From: an uncultured Bacteroidaceae bacterium
Lineage (GTDB): Bacteria; Bacteroidota; Bacteroidia; Bacteroidales; Bacteroidaceae
Length of the DNA stretch: 64,000 nucleotides
NCBI GenBank assembly: GCA_904502235.1
Contig: CAJGDP010000006.1
Span: forward strand, 2,955-66,954
Direction: 5' to 3'
Shown: piece by piece, positions 29,999 through 39,064 of the stretch
Numbering within the stretch: position 1 is the first letter of the stretch
Layout of the letters: each line of letters begins with the position of its first letter
Notes under the pieces: model-generated
Database searches by the model: none
What the model saw: only the letters and a program-made list of their open reading frames with translations
Told to the model about the DNA's origin: nothing
Program-made: the position numbers and the translations under genes

Positions 29999-32900
29999 AT
30001 GAAACTTAAATTTTATTTATCCGTCTTTTTTGTTCTGTTGGCATGCTTTACAGCAAAGGCACAGCAGGACTATTATGTTGTCCATGGGGCAAATGTCAAT
30101 GTAACCCATGCGGCTCATTATCCTAAGGCTGTGGGTATTGCGAATGTTAGTGGCGACCAGCAGGTGCTCGACAATATCGCAACTGCACCCCGATGCGCTG
30201 CCTATTTCGACAAGACATCCACTGTGTTCAATGTAAAGAGCGGTGAGACTGTCACTCCGCTCATCACCATAAGCGGCGAATGGATGCACGGTTATGTCTA
30301 TGTCGATTGGAACAACAACAAGAAGTTCGATGTAAATATCACAGGCGAAGGCCCTTACATCAAGGGTGATGGCAATGAACTCATGTGCTGGTCGCTCTAT
30401 AGCCATAACGGTAATGGTGACACAGGTTGGAACAGTGCCGGTCTTTATCAGAGCAGTGGTAATGTGCTTGCTCCGGGTTCGTTCCGCGTACCCGAAGGTC
30501 TTGAGGAAGGTTCAACATATCGTATGCGTTATGCAGTACAGTGGAACAGCATTGATCCCACAGGAAGTTATGCCAATTTTATAAGCGACGGTGCATTCAT
30601 CATCGACGTGATGCTCAAGATTACAGGTGTTGCCTCTGAGGACGAACAGCAATCATACCCAATTGATGAGTACAAAGAGCCTCGCGTAGGTACAACTCCC
30701 GATGCTTCGGCATGGAATGTTATCCCCGATGGCTTGAACGCTTCATGGGCTTCGCGCGACGTTCACTATAAACTGCACGAGGTTCCGCAGATTGCTCAAA
30801 AGGATGTTGCTACAGTGCGTGCCTGGAAGGGTGAACGCGCAAATATTCAGGCTGTATTGTTCAGTAAAACCAATCAGGATACCCTCTCTGTACGTATGAC
30901 AGAGTGGAAAAAGGGTGGTGAAGCTACAGGTATCAATGCAGGCGATGCACGCTTTGTGAACTATGTAATTACCGATGACTATGTGGCTTGTGGTAATCAC
31001 CCGATGACTCTTCCACAATGGCTTGTTGCCGATGTAATAGACCAGGACAAGCCTCACGCTGTTCCTGCAATGGAAACACGTCCAGTATGGTGTACTTTGG
31101 AAATTCCTCGCAATGTCGAGGCCGGTGAATATACAACCGCGCTTGAAATTGTAAATAAGGGTGGAGATGTTGTAAAGAGTCTTACGTTGAATGTGATAGT
31201 AGACTCTCACTCTTTGCCAACCGTTGCAGAGCAGAAATTCCACCTCGACTTCTGGCAGCAGCCTTATGCTATCAGCCGTTATTATGGCGTTGAGCGTTGG
31301 AGCGAGGGACATTACGAGGCTTTGCGTCCTTATTTGCAGGCACTCGGTCGTGCAGGCCAGCGCACCGTTACTGCCATATTGTTCTATGAGCCATGGGGTG
31401 AGCAGACACACGACCTCTTCGACCCGATGGTGCAGACAACCAAGAAGAGTGATGGTACTTGGGCTTATGACTATACAGTCTTCGACAAATATGTAGAGCT
31501 TTGTGCCGAGTATGGCATTGATAAGCAAATCAATTGCTTCAGCATGGTTCCATGGGATATGAGCTTCCGTTATTACGATGAGGCTTCAGGCAGTTACAAG
31601 AATCTGTCGACAACAACAGGTACAGCCGAGTACCGCGAATTGTGGACAAGTTTCCTTACTGCTTTCAAGGCACACTTGCAGCAGAAGAATTGGTTCGAGA
31701 AGACTAACATCGCGATGGACGAGCGTGGAGAGACCGATTTGCAGAATGCCTATAACATAGCAAATGCTCTTGGATTTAACTGTGCGCTTGCCGGAAACTA
31801 TCACTCATCACTCTGTGGAACATATCGCGACCTCTGCGCGCAGCTAGGTCAGGAACACCAGTTTACAACACAACAATTGGAGAACCGCAAGGCGAAAGGC
31901 TGGGTAACAACATTCTATACTAGCTGTGCAAACAGCGAGCCAAATATCTACTCAAACTCTTTGCCGGCAGAGGCTGCTTATCTTCCAATCTATGCGGCAA
32001 AGATGAACCTCGACGGTTATCTGCATTGGGCATGGTGCAACTGGGATGAGCACCCACTCACCGACAGCCGTTTCCGCAAGTTCGGTTCGGGCGATACTTA
32101 TTGCTACTATCCCGGCAACCGTTCAAGCGTTCGCTTCGAGCGTCTTATCGAGGGTATACATCAGTTCGAGAAGATACAGATTCTCAAGGAGGAGTACAAG
32201 AACAACAGCGAGAAACTTACTGTGCTCAATGCTTTGCTTGGTCGCTTCATAGGCTCTGTAGCGGGCGAAGAGTGTGCCGATATAGTAAATGATATGGAGG
32301 ACTTCCTTAATGGCAAGGAGGTTGAAGTGCCTGTGGCAAAGGATGTGCAGACAGGATATTATCATATTGTGGGCAAGGATGCATCGCGTTACGAACATCT
32401 GTATAACGATGCCACGCTCACAGGCAACAGCATGCGCTTTACATTGCAGTCCAACTCAATGGTAAATACCAATAACGGTATTTGGCATGTTACAGTAAAG
32501 GACAACAGCAAGTTGGCTATAAAGAACGGTGACGGTAATCCCCTTATTGCCGGTGCAAGTTATGCGGGCTCTGTGGTTGGTTCTTATAACGAACTTACCG
32601 TAGGTAGCACAGTAGACGTGGGCGAGTATCGTTACTACTATTTTACCGAGGCGATCAACTGCACTAATGGCGGTGAAAATTTCAAAGTGAGCGGAGTGCC
32701 TTTCGTTACCACTTGGACAGACGGTGGTGCCGGTGCCGGCGACAATCAATGGCGTTTCGAACCGGTGGATATGGACGGCATGAGTGTATATGATGTGGAA
32801 ATTGAGGGTAGTGATGATGTATATGTTACATACAGTAACGGCTTGTCATCGGAAAAGGCTTTCAATGGCGGTTTCTTTATAACTTCAAACGAGATTGCTG

Positions 32901-35002
32901 CCGATAAACTTTCTGTAGGAATGGTAGGTAACATCCTTAAAGGTGCTGACATAAATATTGAGGGCAACAAAATAAAGGTATCGAATATCAAGCAGGCTCC
33001 AACACCTGTAAAGCAGGACCTTTATAACACAAGTAAAGGTTCTATGACAATTCCTCCTTACCGTATCCCCGGTATAACAACTGCAAGCAATGGTCGTCTT
33101 ATAACTGCAGCGGCACGTCTTGTCTGCGGAACCGACCCCGGTTATGGTCAGGTGGATATCGTTTGTCGTTTGAGCGACAACCATGGCGACACATGGACCG
33201 ATATGATTGATGTTGCTGTGGGTACAGGACGTACTTCGGCAACAGTGAACTATTTCGACACAGCATTCGGTGACCCTGCCATTGTTGCCGACCGCACAAG
33301 CAATGAGGTGCTTATCATCGCCGTTGCCGGCTGTACAGTTTATGGCAACGGAAATACCACACGTCAGAATCCCAATATGATAGCCACAATCCACAGCAAG
33401 GATAACGGTGAGACATGGGAGACCCCTGTAAACGTAACAGAGCAGATATACAGTCTCTTTGATGCAGGCAATCCAATCCAGGCTGCTTTCGTGGGTGGTG
33501 GAAAGATTTTCCAGAGCCGTATTGTAAAGAAGGACAAGTATTACCGTCTGTATGCGGCGATGTGCGCACGCCCCAACGGTAACCGCGTAATCTATTCCGA
33601 TGACTTTGGTCGCACATGGAATGCTCTTGGCGGAGCTTCGGCTCTTCCTGCTCCCGGTGGTGACGAACCAAAGTGCGAGGAGTTGCCCGATGGTCGTGTG
33701 ATTCTATCAAGCCGCGTTGGTGGCGGACGTATATACAATATATATACTTATAGCAACACACTTGCAGGTACCGGTTCATGGGGAACATCAGTGAAGAGTA
33801 CCTTTGCTGGTTCTGGTCTCACACCCGGCGGAAACTCTACCAATGGTGAGATTCTTGTTGTACCTGTGCAGCGCAACAGCGACGGCAAGGATATGTATCT
33901 TGCCCTGCAGTCGTTGCCCACCGGTAGCGGACGTACAAATGTGGGTATCTTCTATAAAGAGTTGACCGATGTTACCGATATCAACACTGTTGCGAACTTT
34001 GCTGACGGCTGGAACGGTTTCTATCAGGTAAGCAACACGGCATCGGCATACAGCTCTATGGATTTGCAGGCTGACAATAGAATAGGTTTCATCTATGAGG
34101 AGACACTTACAAAGCATGGTACTGTGCAGAACCCTGTTTCTACAAGTTTCCCCACTGGCGCTGGAACCCACAACTATGACGGCTTTGACAATATCTATGT
34201 TGCATACGACCTTGAGTATATTACTAATGGCGCATACAGCATAAAAAGAGATGTCGACCGTAGAGAATTTGTACGCGACTATTTCACCGCACTTGTTCAG
34301 AACGAACCGACAGAGGTTAAGGATGCTGTTACGGATGCCCTGAATGCATTGAGCAAGGAACCTACAGTTGTTGAAATAGACAATGTATATAAGGCTTTTA
34401 AAGCTCTTGAACCTGCCGACAAATGGGATGGCAAGTTGCTTACGTTTACTAATGTCCAGCAGAATGGCACAGAGCGTACTCTTTATATAGATAACAATAA
34501 CGTGCTGAACCTTAGCACATCCACCCCGGAGGAGTTGGGGGTGGCAGCCCAGTTTCTCTGTACAAAGGAGATGAGCGGAAAGTATAGCTTCTATAACGAA
34601 GATAAGAAACTGTATATGATATGGCGTGCCGGCAACAATTATGGTTATAATAACAACACTGGAACACTTGCTGCATACAATGCCACATATTGTGATTGGA
34701 GCATAAATAATGGAAGTGTTGCCGATGCATACTATCTGGTGAGTAAAAGAAATGATGGTTCAACAGATGGCTCGTTGATAGTTATGGCTTCGGGTGCTTT
34801 CGATGCATTTTCGGCTTCCGAGGGTTATACATCCACTTACAGTAATCTTTTTCGTATAGATGTTATTGAGAATGCTACTTCGATAACTGATGTCAAAGAG
34901 AATCCTGTTGCGAACGGTATTTATGACCTTCAAGGGCGCAAGGTTGAAAAAGCAGAAAAAGGGATTTATATAATCAATGGAAAGAAGATTTTGGTAAAGT
35001 AA
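29999..35002 (+). CDS. Multidomain T9SS-exported glycosidase: N-terminal GEVED-like module, GH123-like (DUF4091) module, GH33 sialidase, T9SS C-terminal domain
   Basis: ATG at 29999 gives signal peptide MKLKFYLSVFFVLLACFTAKAQQ. DUF4091/GH123-like block: FHLDFWQQPYAISRYYGVERW... from 31238, with an Asp-Glu pair in NIAMDERGE (31718-31723). Sialidase features: YRIP (33059-33070), Asp-boxes SDNHGDTW (33173-33196), SKDNGETW (33395-33418) and SDDFGRTW (33596-33619), and YSSM...GFIYEE (34049-34102). The C-terminus is IYDLQGRKVEKAEKGIYIINGKKILVK. Confidence 0.85.
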   Translation: MKLKFYLSVFFVLLACFTAKAQQDYYVVHGANVNVTHAAHYPKAVGIANVSGDQQVLDNIATAPRCAAYFDKTSTVFNVKSGETVTPLITISGEWMHGYVYVDWNNNKKFDVNITGEGPYIKGDGNELMCWSLYSHNGNGDTGWNSAGLYQSSGNVLAPGSFRVPEGLEEGSTYRMRYAVQWNSIDPTGSYANFISDGAFIIDVMLKITGVASEDEQQSYPIDEYKEPRVGTTPDASAWNVIPDGLNASWASRDVHYKLHEVPQIAQKDVATVRAWKGERANIQAVLFSKTNQDTLSVRMTEWKKGGEATGINAGDARFVNYVITDDYVACGNHPMTLPQWLVADVIDQDKPHAVPAMETRPVWCTLEIPRNVEAGEYTTALEIVNKGGDVVKSLTLNVIVDSHSLPTVAEQKFHLDFWQQPYAISRYYGVERWSEGHYEALRPYLQALGRAGQRTVTAILFYEPWGEQTHDLFDPMVQTTKKSDGTWAYDYTVFDKYVELCAEYGIDKQINCFSMVPWDMSFRYYDEASGSYKNLSTTTGTAEYRELWTSFLTAFKAHLQQKNWFEKTNIAMDERGETDLQNAYNIANALGFNCALAGNYHSSLCGTYRDLCAQLGQEHQFTTQQLENRKAKGWVTTFYTSCANSEPNIYSNSLPAEAAYLPIYAAKMNLDGYLHWAWCNWDEHPLTDSRFRKFGSGDTYCYYPGNRSSVRFERLIEGIHQFEKIQILKEEYKNNSEKLTVLNALLGRFIGSVAGEECADIVNDMEDFLNGKEVEVPVAKDVQTGYYHIVGKDASRYEHLYNDATLTGNSMRFTLQSNSMVNTNNGIWHVTVKDNSKLAIKNGDGNPLIAGASYAGSVVGSYNELTVGSTVDVGEYRYYYFTEAINCTNGGENFKVSGVPFVTTWTDGGAGAGDNQWRFEPVDMDGMSVYDVEIEGSDDVYVTYSNGLSSEKAFNGGFFITSNEIAADKLSVGMVGNILKGADINIEGNKIKVSNIKQAPTPVKQDLYNTSKGSMTIPPYRIPGITTASNGRLITAAARLVCGTDPGYGQVDIVCRLSDNHGDTWTDMIDVAVGTGRTSATVNYFDTAFGDPAIVADRTSNEVLIIAVAGCTVYGNGNTTRQNPNMIATIHSKDNGETWETPVNVTEQIYSLFDAGNPIQAAFVGGGKIFQSRIVKKDKYYRLYAAMCARPNGNRVIYSDDFGRTWNALGGASALPAPGGDEPKCEELPDGRVILSSRVGGGRIYNIYTYSNTLAGTGSWGTSVKSTFAGSGLTPGGNSTNGEILVVPVQRNSDGKDMYLALQSLPTGSGRTNVGIFYKELTDVTDINTVANFADGWNGFYQVSNTASAYSSMDLQADNRIGFIYEETLTKHGTVQNPVSTSFPTGAGTHNYDGFDNIYVAYDLEYITNGAYSIKRDVDRREFVRDYFTALVQNEPTEVKDAVTDALNALSKEPTVVEIDNVYKAFKALEPADKWDGKLLTFTNVQQNGTERTLYIDNNNVLNLSTSTPEELGVAAQFLCTKEMSGKYSFYNEDKKLYMIWRAGNNYGYNNNTGTLAAYNATYCDWSINNGSVADAYYLVSKRNDGSTDGSLIVMASGAFDAFSASEGYTSTYSNLFRIDVIENATSITDVKENPVANGIYDLQGRKVEKAEKGIYIINGKKILVK

Positions 35003-35020
35003 AACAAAGCTGACTAAAAA

Positions 35021-35100
35021 GGCTCTTTTTGCGTTACGCTTGCTCTCAAAATGCTCATTTACTTCAAGTAAACTGCGCTTTTTCGAGCTTCGCAAGCCTT
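35021..35100. repeat. Copy of the dispersed hairpin-containing repeat seen at 2.4-2.9 kb
   Basis: cgcttgctctcaaaatgctcatttacttcaagtaaa shares the core cgcttgc..tcaaa..ctcat..ttt with the minus-strand reading of 2825-2860. It has its own small hairpin, tttact/agtaaa (35058-35072). Confidence 0.4.
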
Positions 35101-35132
35101 AAAATAGCTCTTTTTATTCAACTTCAAAGCAA

Positions 35133-35158
35133 CTAGAGCGACCTCGGGGTCGCTCTAG
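35133..35158. terminator. Bidirectional terminator hairpin
   Basis: A perfect 11-bp stem: ctagagcgacc (35133-35143) pairs with ggtcgctctag (35148-35158), loop tcgg. It is followed by tttt on the plus strand and abuts the TPK stop codon on the minus strand. Confidence 0.7.
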
Positions 35159-35160
35159 TT

Positions 35161-35778
35161 TTAATAATTGATGAACAGCAGATATTCTCCCGTTGCATTG
35201 ATTGTGAATGTATCGGCGGTACATTCGTTCAACGTTCCCTGCCACCAGTTTGTAAAATCGTAGATGGGATATAATAATCCATTGGCACTCATATCCTTTG
35301 CCGTTATGCTGAATATTGATACCTGTTGACCCTTTCGGCATTTATGTGTTGTTGTGCCGTTGCAGGGGATGAACACTCCATGGTCGGTAAATGATTGGAC
35401 CTCTGCTCCTGCGCGCATATATTCGATGAGCAGGCTTATATTGCCTATTGTGTGGTCCTCGCGCTTGCCTGTAGCGGAAACTATGGCTATGCGCTTCTTC
35501 CCTTGTTCCATGCAGAAACGTACCGCCTTTGTCTGGTCGTTACTCTCCTGTTCGCTTATTATATGCAACAGGTGTTTGTATTTTTCTTTGTTTTCTGCGC
35601 CGATGGAGTCGCCGTCGCCCACAATTGCATTGGGGATATTGCCTGTTGCAATGAAGTGGTCTGCCGCGCCGTCGCAGCACACAATATAGGTCGCATCTTC
35701 TATTATCTGTAACGGCAGTCCGGCTGTAGGATATTCGCCTCCACCTATAATTACCGCATCAGGATTGTTTATTTTCAT
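35161..35778 (-). CDS. Thiamine diphosphokinase (TPK)
   Basis: IIGGGEYP..., VCCDGAADH, AIVGDGDSI; 205 aa. Confidence 0.85.
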   Translation of the reverse strand: MKINNPDAVIIGGGEYPTAGLPLQIIEDATYIVCCDGAADHFIATGNIPNAIVGDGDSIGAENKEKYKHLLHIISEQESNDQTKAVRFCMEQGKKRIAIVSATGKREDHTIGNISLLIEYMRAGAEVQSFTDHGVFIPCNGTTTHKCRKGQQVSIFSITAKDMSANGLLYPIYDFTNWWQGTLNECTADTFTINATGEYLLFINY

Positions 35779-36352
35779 ACTGCATCAACTTTTTCCATTT
35801 GAAGTATCCAAAGATAGCAATTATTGCATAAAGAATATATAGCGCAGCTGTAAAATACAACTCTTTGTAGATATACAGTGCGCTGCTCGAAATATCAACC
35901 ACGCACCACACCCACCATTGCTCAATATACTTGCGTGCAAGCATCCACATTCCTACAATGCTCAACGCTGTTGTAAATGAGTCGGCGATGGGTACGGTGC
36001 TGTCGGTGTGGTTGACAAGTAACCATGCTATAAGGAACTGTGCAACAATGTATGTCGAAATTATTTTGGCAAAGGCTTTTTTAGGCATACGGCTGATGGG
36101 CAGTTCACGTTTCTCTTTGTTGCCTTCGGTGAAGCTGAATCCGGTTTTCCATGCTATCCATCCGTACAATGCAATTACAAGGTAGTAGATGTTTATGCCG
36201 AAGTCGGCATACAGCCCGGCATTATAGTATATGAACAGATATATTGCCGGCATTATTATTCCTGCAATCCACAGATATATACTTGCCTTGTATTCGAGCC
36301 ATATATATATAAGCCCGACCAGGGTTCCCAAAATTTCGATATACAGTTCCAT
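35759..36352 (-). CDS. pnuT: PnuC-family transporter, probably the thiamine-specific PnuT
   Basis: 197 aa with about 7 TM segments and the PnuC-like N-terminus MELYIEILGTLVGLIYIWLEYKASIYLW. Context is TPP riboswitch, TBDT, this gene, then TPK. It overlaps TPK by 20 nt. Confidence 0.8.
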   Translation of the reverse strand: MELYIEILGTLVGLIYIWLEYKASIYLWIAGIIMPAIYLFIYYNAGLYADFGINIYYLVIALYGWIAWKTGFSFTEGNKEKRELPISRMPKKAFAKIISTYIVAQFLIAWLLVNHTDSTVPIADSFTTALSIVGMWMLARKYIEQWWVWCVVDISSSALYIYKELYFTAALYILYAIIAIFGYFKWKKLMQYENKQS

Positions 36353-36356
36353 TGTA

Positions 36357-38579
36357 TTAAAGTTCTATGCTTATATGTCCTATTGCATTTATACCTGCCT
36401 GTGCGGCATATCCGGCGTAGTTGTAGCGTTGGCGCTGTCCGTTTTCGTCGGTGTAATATCCGCTTCCGGCATAACCGTTGTTCTCGTACTCTTCGTTGAA
36501 CAGGTTATATATTGTTGCGCCCACAGTGATGTTTTTCACACCTTTCAATTTGAATGAGTAAGCCAATCGCAGGTTCGTTACAAAATAGGCATCAAGGATA
36601 TGTTCCTCGATTCCGTAATTGCTCATATACTGTTTGCTCACATATTGGGATTGCAATGCGGCTTCCAAACCTTTCCATTCATAAGAAAAGCTGTTGTTTA
36701 CAATAATGTCGGGCGAAAAGGCAAGCGGAGTGTTGTCGTGGTGGATTTCCCACTTTTCATAAGTGTAGTCGTCGTACAGAACCTCGGTGAAATCCTTTAT
36801 CCTGTTACGGCTGAATGTTGCATTGGCATTCCAACGGAATCCGCATTTGAGTGCAATTCCTGCGGTGAGCTCAATTCCTGCACGATAGCTTTTGGGAATG
36901 TTGGCTGTAAGCGGTTCGCCAATCTCGTTCAGTTCGCCGGTGAGAACCAATTGGTTCTTGTAGTCCATGAAATAGAGATTTGCTCCGGCATTGAATATAC
37001 CTTTAGACAGGTTGTAGCCTATTTCGTAGTCGATAAGTCTTTCTGCTTTGGGGCGTTCGTTGAGCTTGCCGTCGGTGTAGTTGTTGCGTGTGGGCTCTTT
37101 GTGCGCAACGCTTGCCGATGCAAAGAGTCTGTTGCTGTTGTCTATCTGCCACGAAATTCCTGCCTTGGGATTTAAGAAGTCGAACTTTTCATCTATCTCC
37201 AGGTTTTGCAGGGCATCTGTTGCGTCGTTCCATTTGTCGTTGTTGCCGTCTATGGTGTAGCGTATATGGCGATATTGCAGGTCGGCATATATGTTCAGAC
37301 ATTCCATTGCCTTGTAGTCGGCTTTCAGGTATATGTTCATGTCGTTCTTGCCACCGTTGTTGCGGTAATACTCATGGTCGGGCACAAGGTTACCAATGTA
37401 ATCCTTTACCCAAAGGACCTGCCCGAAATGTCTTCCGAAGTATCTGTTTGCACCGCCACCCAATATGGTGTGAATGCGGCTGTTCTTATATGACAACGAG
37501 AATACTGCTCCGCCAAAATGGTTGTCCATGGCTTTTTTGCGTATAAGGTCGCTCTTCTTTACATTGTTGCCGTCGAGAGTGAATGGCTGCAGGGCATATT
37601 CTTTCAGTTTGCGTCCGGTTTTGTATTCCTGATAATATCCGTCGCCCTTGGTGTAGTGCAAGCCTATGTTCATGTTCAGGGTGTTGCTGAAACTATGGTC
37701 GAACAGCAGCTGGTAATTCTGTTGAAAATAATTGTCGGTCTGTCCGTCATAGTAGTGTGCCTTGCCTGTTTCGTCGGTGAACATATATCCGCAACTGTTA
37801 TAACGTCTGCCATACAGTTCCATTTCCTCTTTGCTTGCATAGTTCCAGGCGTGGTATGTCTCCTCCTTGCCGGTGAATGTTATGAAGCGTAGGGTGGTGT
37901 TGTCGGCATAGTATGCACCTTGCAGGTAGTACGACTGCAGTCCGGCTCTTGCGCGGTCTATGTAACCGTCGCTTCCAATGTTCGAAAATCTTAAATCAAG
38001 GCTCCAATGGTCGGCAAGTATACCGGTTCCGGCAGCAACGCTCTCCTTGTGTGTCATGAATGAACCGAACGAGAAACCGGCTTTTGCATACGGAAGCGTA
38101 TTGAAAGTGCTTGTGCGCAGGTTCATGCTTGCGCCGAAGGCACCGGCGCCGTTAGTGGATGTTCCTGCACCGCGCTGTATCTGAATATCCTTTACCGATG
38201 AGGCTATGTCAGGCAGATTTACCCAAAAGACATTGTGGCTTTCGGCATCGTTCACCGGAATATCGTTTATGGTAACGTTTATGCGAGTGCCGTCGGTGCC
38301 ACGAATACGAAGGCTTGTGTAGCCGATGCCTGTTCCTGCATCACTTGTTGCAATGGCACTTGGAGTTGTCGATACAAGATAAGGCAGGTCGATGCCCGTG
38401 TTCGACTTTGACAACTCCTTTTGACCTATTTCGCTGTATGCCACAGGAGTGGTCTTCGTGGCTCTTACAGACAGGATTTCAACTTCCTGCAATGCCTGCA
38501 GGTTCTCTTGTTCCTGTGCGTGCAGCACAGGAAATGCCGTTGCCATAATCAGGCAAGCGACAATTGATTTTCTTTTCAT
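36357..38579 (-). CDS. TonB-dependent outer-membrane receptor (thiamine-regulated)
   Basis: Signal peptide, plug domain (TSLRIRGTDGTRINVTINDIPVND), and a ~600-aa barrel. It is the first gene downstream of a TPP riboswitch. Confidence 0.9.
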   Translation of the reverse strand: MKRKSIVACLIMATAFPVLHAQEQENLQALQEVEILSVRATKTTPVAYSEIGQKELSKSNTGIDLPYLVSTTPSAIATSDAGTGIGYTSLRIRGTDGTRINVTINDIPVNDAESHNVFWVNLPDIASSVKDIQIQRGAGTSTNGAGAFGASMNLRTSTFNTLPYAKAGFSFGSFMTHKESVAAGTGILADHWSLDLRFSNIGSDGYIDRARAGLQSYYLQGAYYADNTTLRFITFTGKEETYHAWNYASKEEMELYGRRYNSCGYMFTDETGKAHYYDGQTDNYFQQNYQLLFDHSFSNTLNMNIGLHYTKGDGYYQEYKTGRKLKEYALQPFTLDGNNVKKSDLIRKKAMDNHFGGAVFSLSYKNSRIHTILGGGANRYFGRHFGQVLWVKDYIGNLVPDHEYYRNNGGKNDMNIYLKADYKAMECLNIYADLQYRHIRYTIDGNNDKWNDATDALQNLEIDEKFDFLNPKAGISWQIDNSNRLFASASVAHKEPTRNNYTDGKLNERPKAERLIDYEIGYNLSKGIFNAGANLYFMDYKNQLVLTGELNEIGEPLTANIPKSYRAGIELTAGIALKCGFRWNANATFSRNRIKDFTEVLYDDYTYEKWEIHHDNTPLAFSPDIIVNNSFSYEWKGLEAALQSQYVSKQYMSNYGIEEHILDAYFVTNLRLAYSFKLKGVKNITVGATIYNLFNEEYENNGYAGSGYYTDENGQRQRYNYAGYAAQAGINAIGHISIEL

Positions 38580-38690
38580 TTTAATTCCAATTTGTGGAGC
38601 CTAATGCAAAAAATAAATCCACCATGCTCCGTTGTTAAACAGAAAATGGGGATTTTTCCTGTACGCCTACATATATTGGAATGTGTATGT

Positions 38691-38770
38691 AAACTTTTTC
38701 CTACGCCGGCATTACCCGGATCAGGTTCTTGGGTATGATCTCAGCCCATGTATTAAGGCACCCCGTTTTT
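38691..38770 (-). promoter_or_regulatory. TPP (THI-box) riboswitch aptamer
   Basis: The minus strand reads aaaaacGGGGUGCcuuaauacaugGGCUGAGAucauACCCaagAACCUGAUCCGGGUAAUGCCGGCGUAGGaaaaaguuu. All conserved TPP-aptamer blocks are present (GGGGUGC, CUGAGA, ACCC, AACCUGAUC.GG.UAAUGCC.GCGUAGG). Confidence 0.9.
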
Positions 38771-38781
38771 GAAATCTGTTG

Positions 38782-38789
38782 CAAAATTA
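38782..38789 (-). promoter_or_regulatory. -7 promoter box driving the riboswitch-led operon
   Basis: The minus strand reads taattttg (exact), 12 nt upstream of the aptamer 5-prime end. Confidence 0.55.
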
Positions 38790-38992
38790 ATGTAAGTTGA
38801 TAGGAGAACAAAATAAAATCCGATTTATTTTTTCTTTTGAGGGACTATCTGCTTTATATATAAACCATTATCAATTTGCAATAATAATCCTTTTTTGTTG
38901 CGAAAAATTCAACGAATATTGCAAGAAATATTAATTTTGTGATAAATCATTAAAAAATATGTTGCAAAATGTTTTTTTATCGAAAAAAGTAA

Positions 38993-39000
38993 TACATTTG
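38993..39000 (+). promoter_or_regulatory. -7 promoter box (candidate; a second match lies at 38932-38939)
   Basis: tacatttg (exact TAnnTTTG), 65 nt upstream of the ATG at 39065. taattttg also occurs at 38932-38939. Confidence 0.45.
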
Positions 39001-39064
39001 CATAAGTCGTAGTCAGATGTTTTTCTGGGCTTGCGTATATTTATTAACTCAAATATTTAGATTT

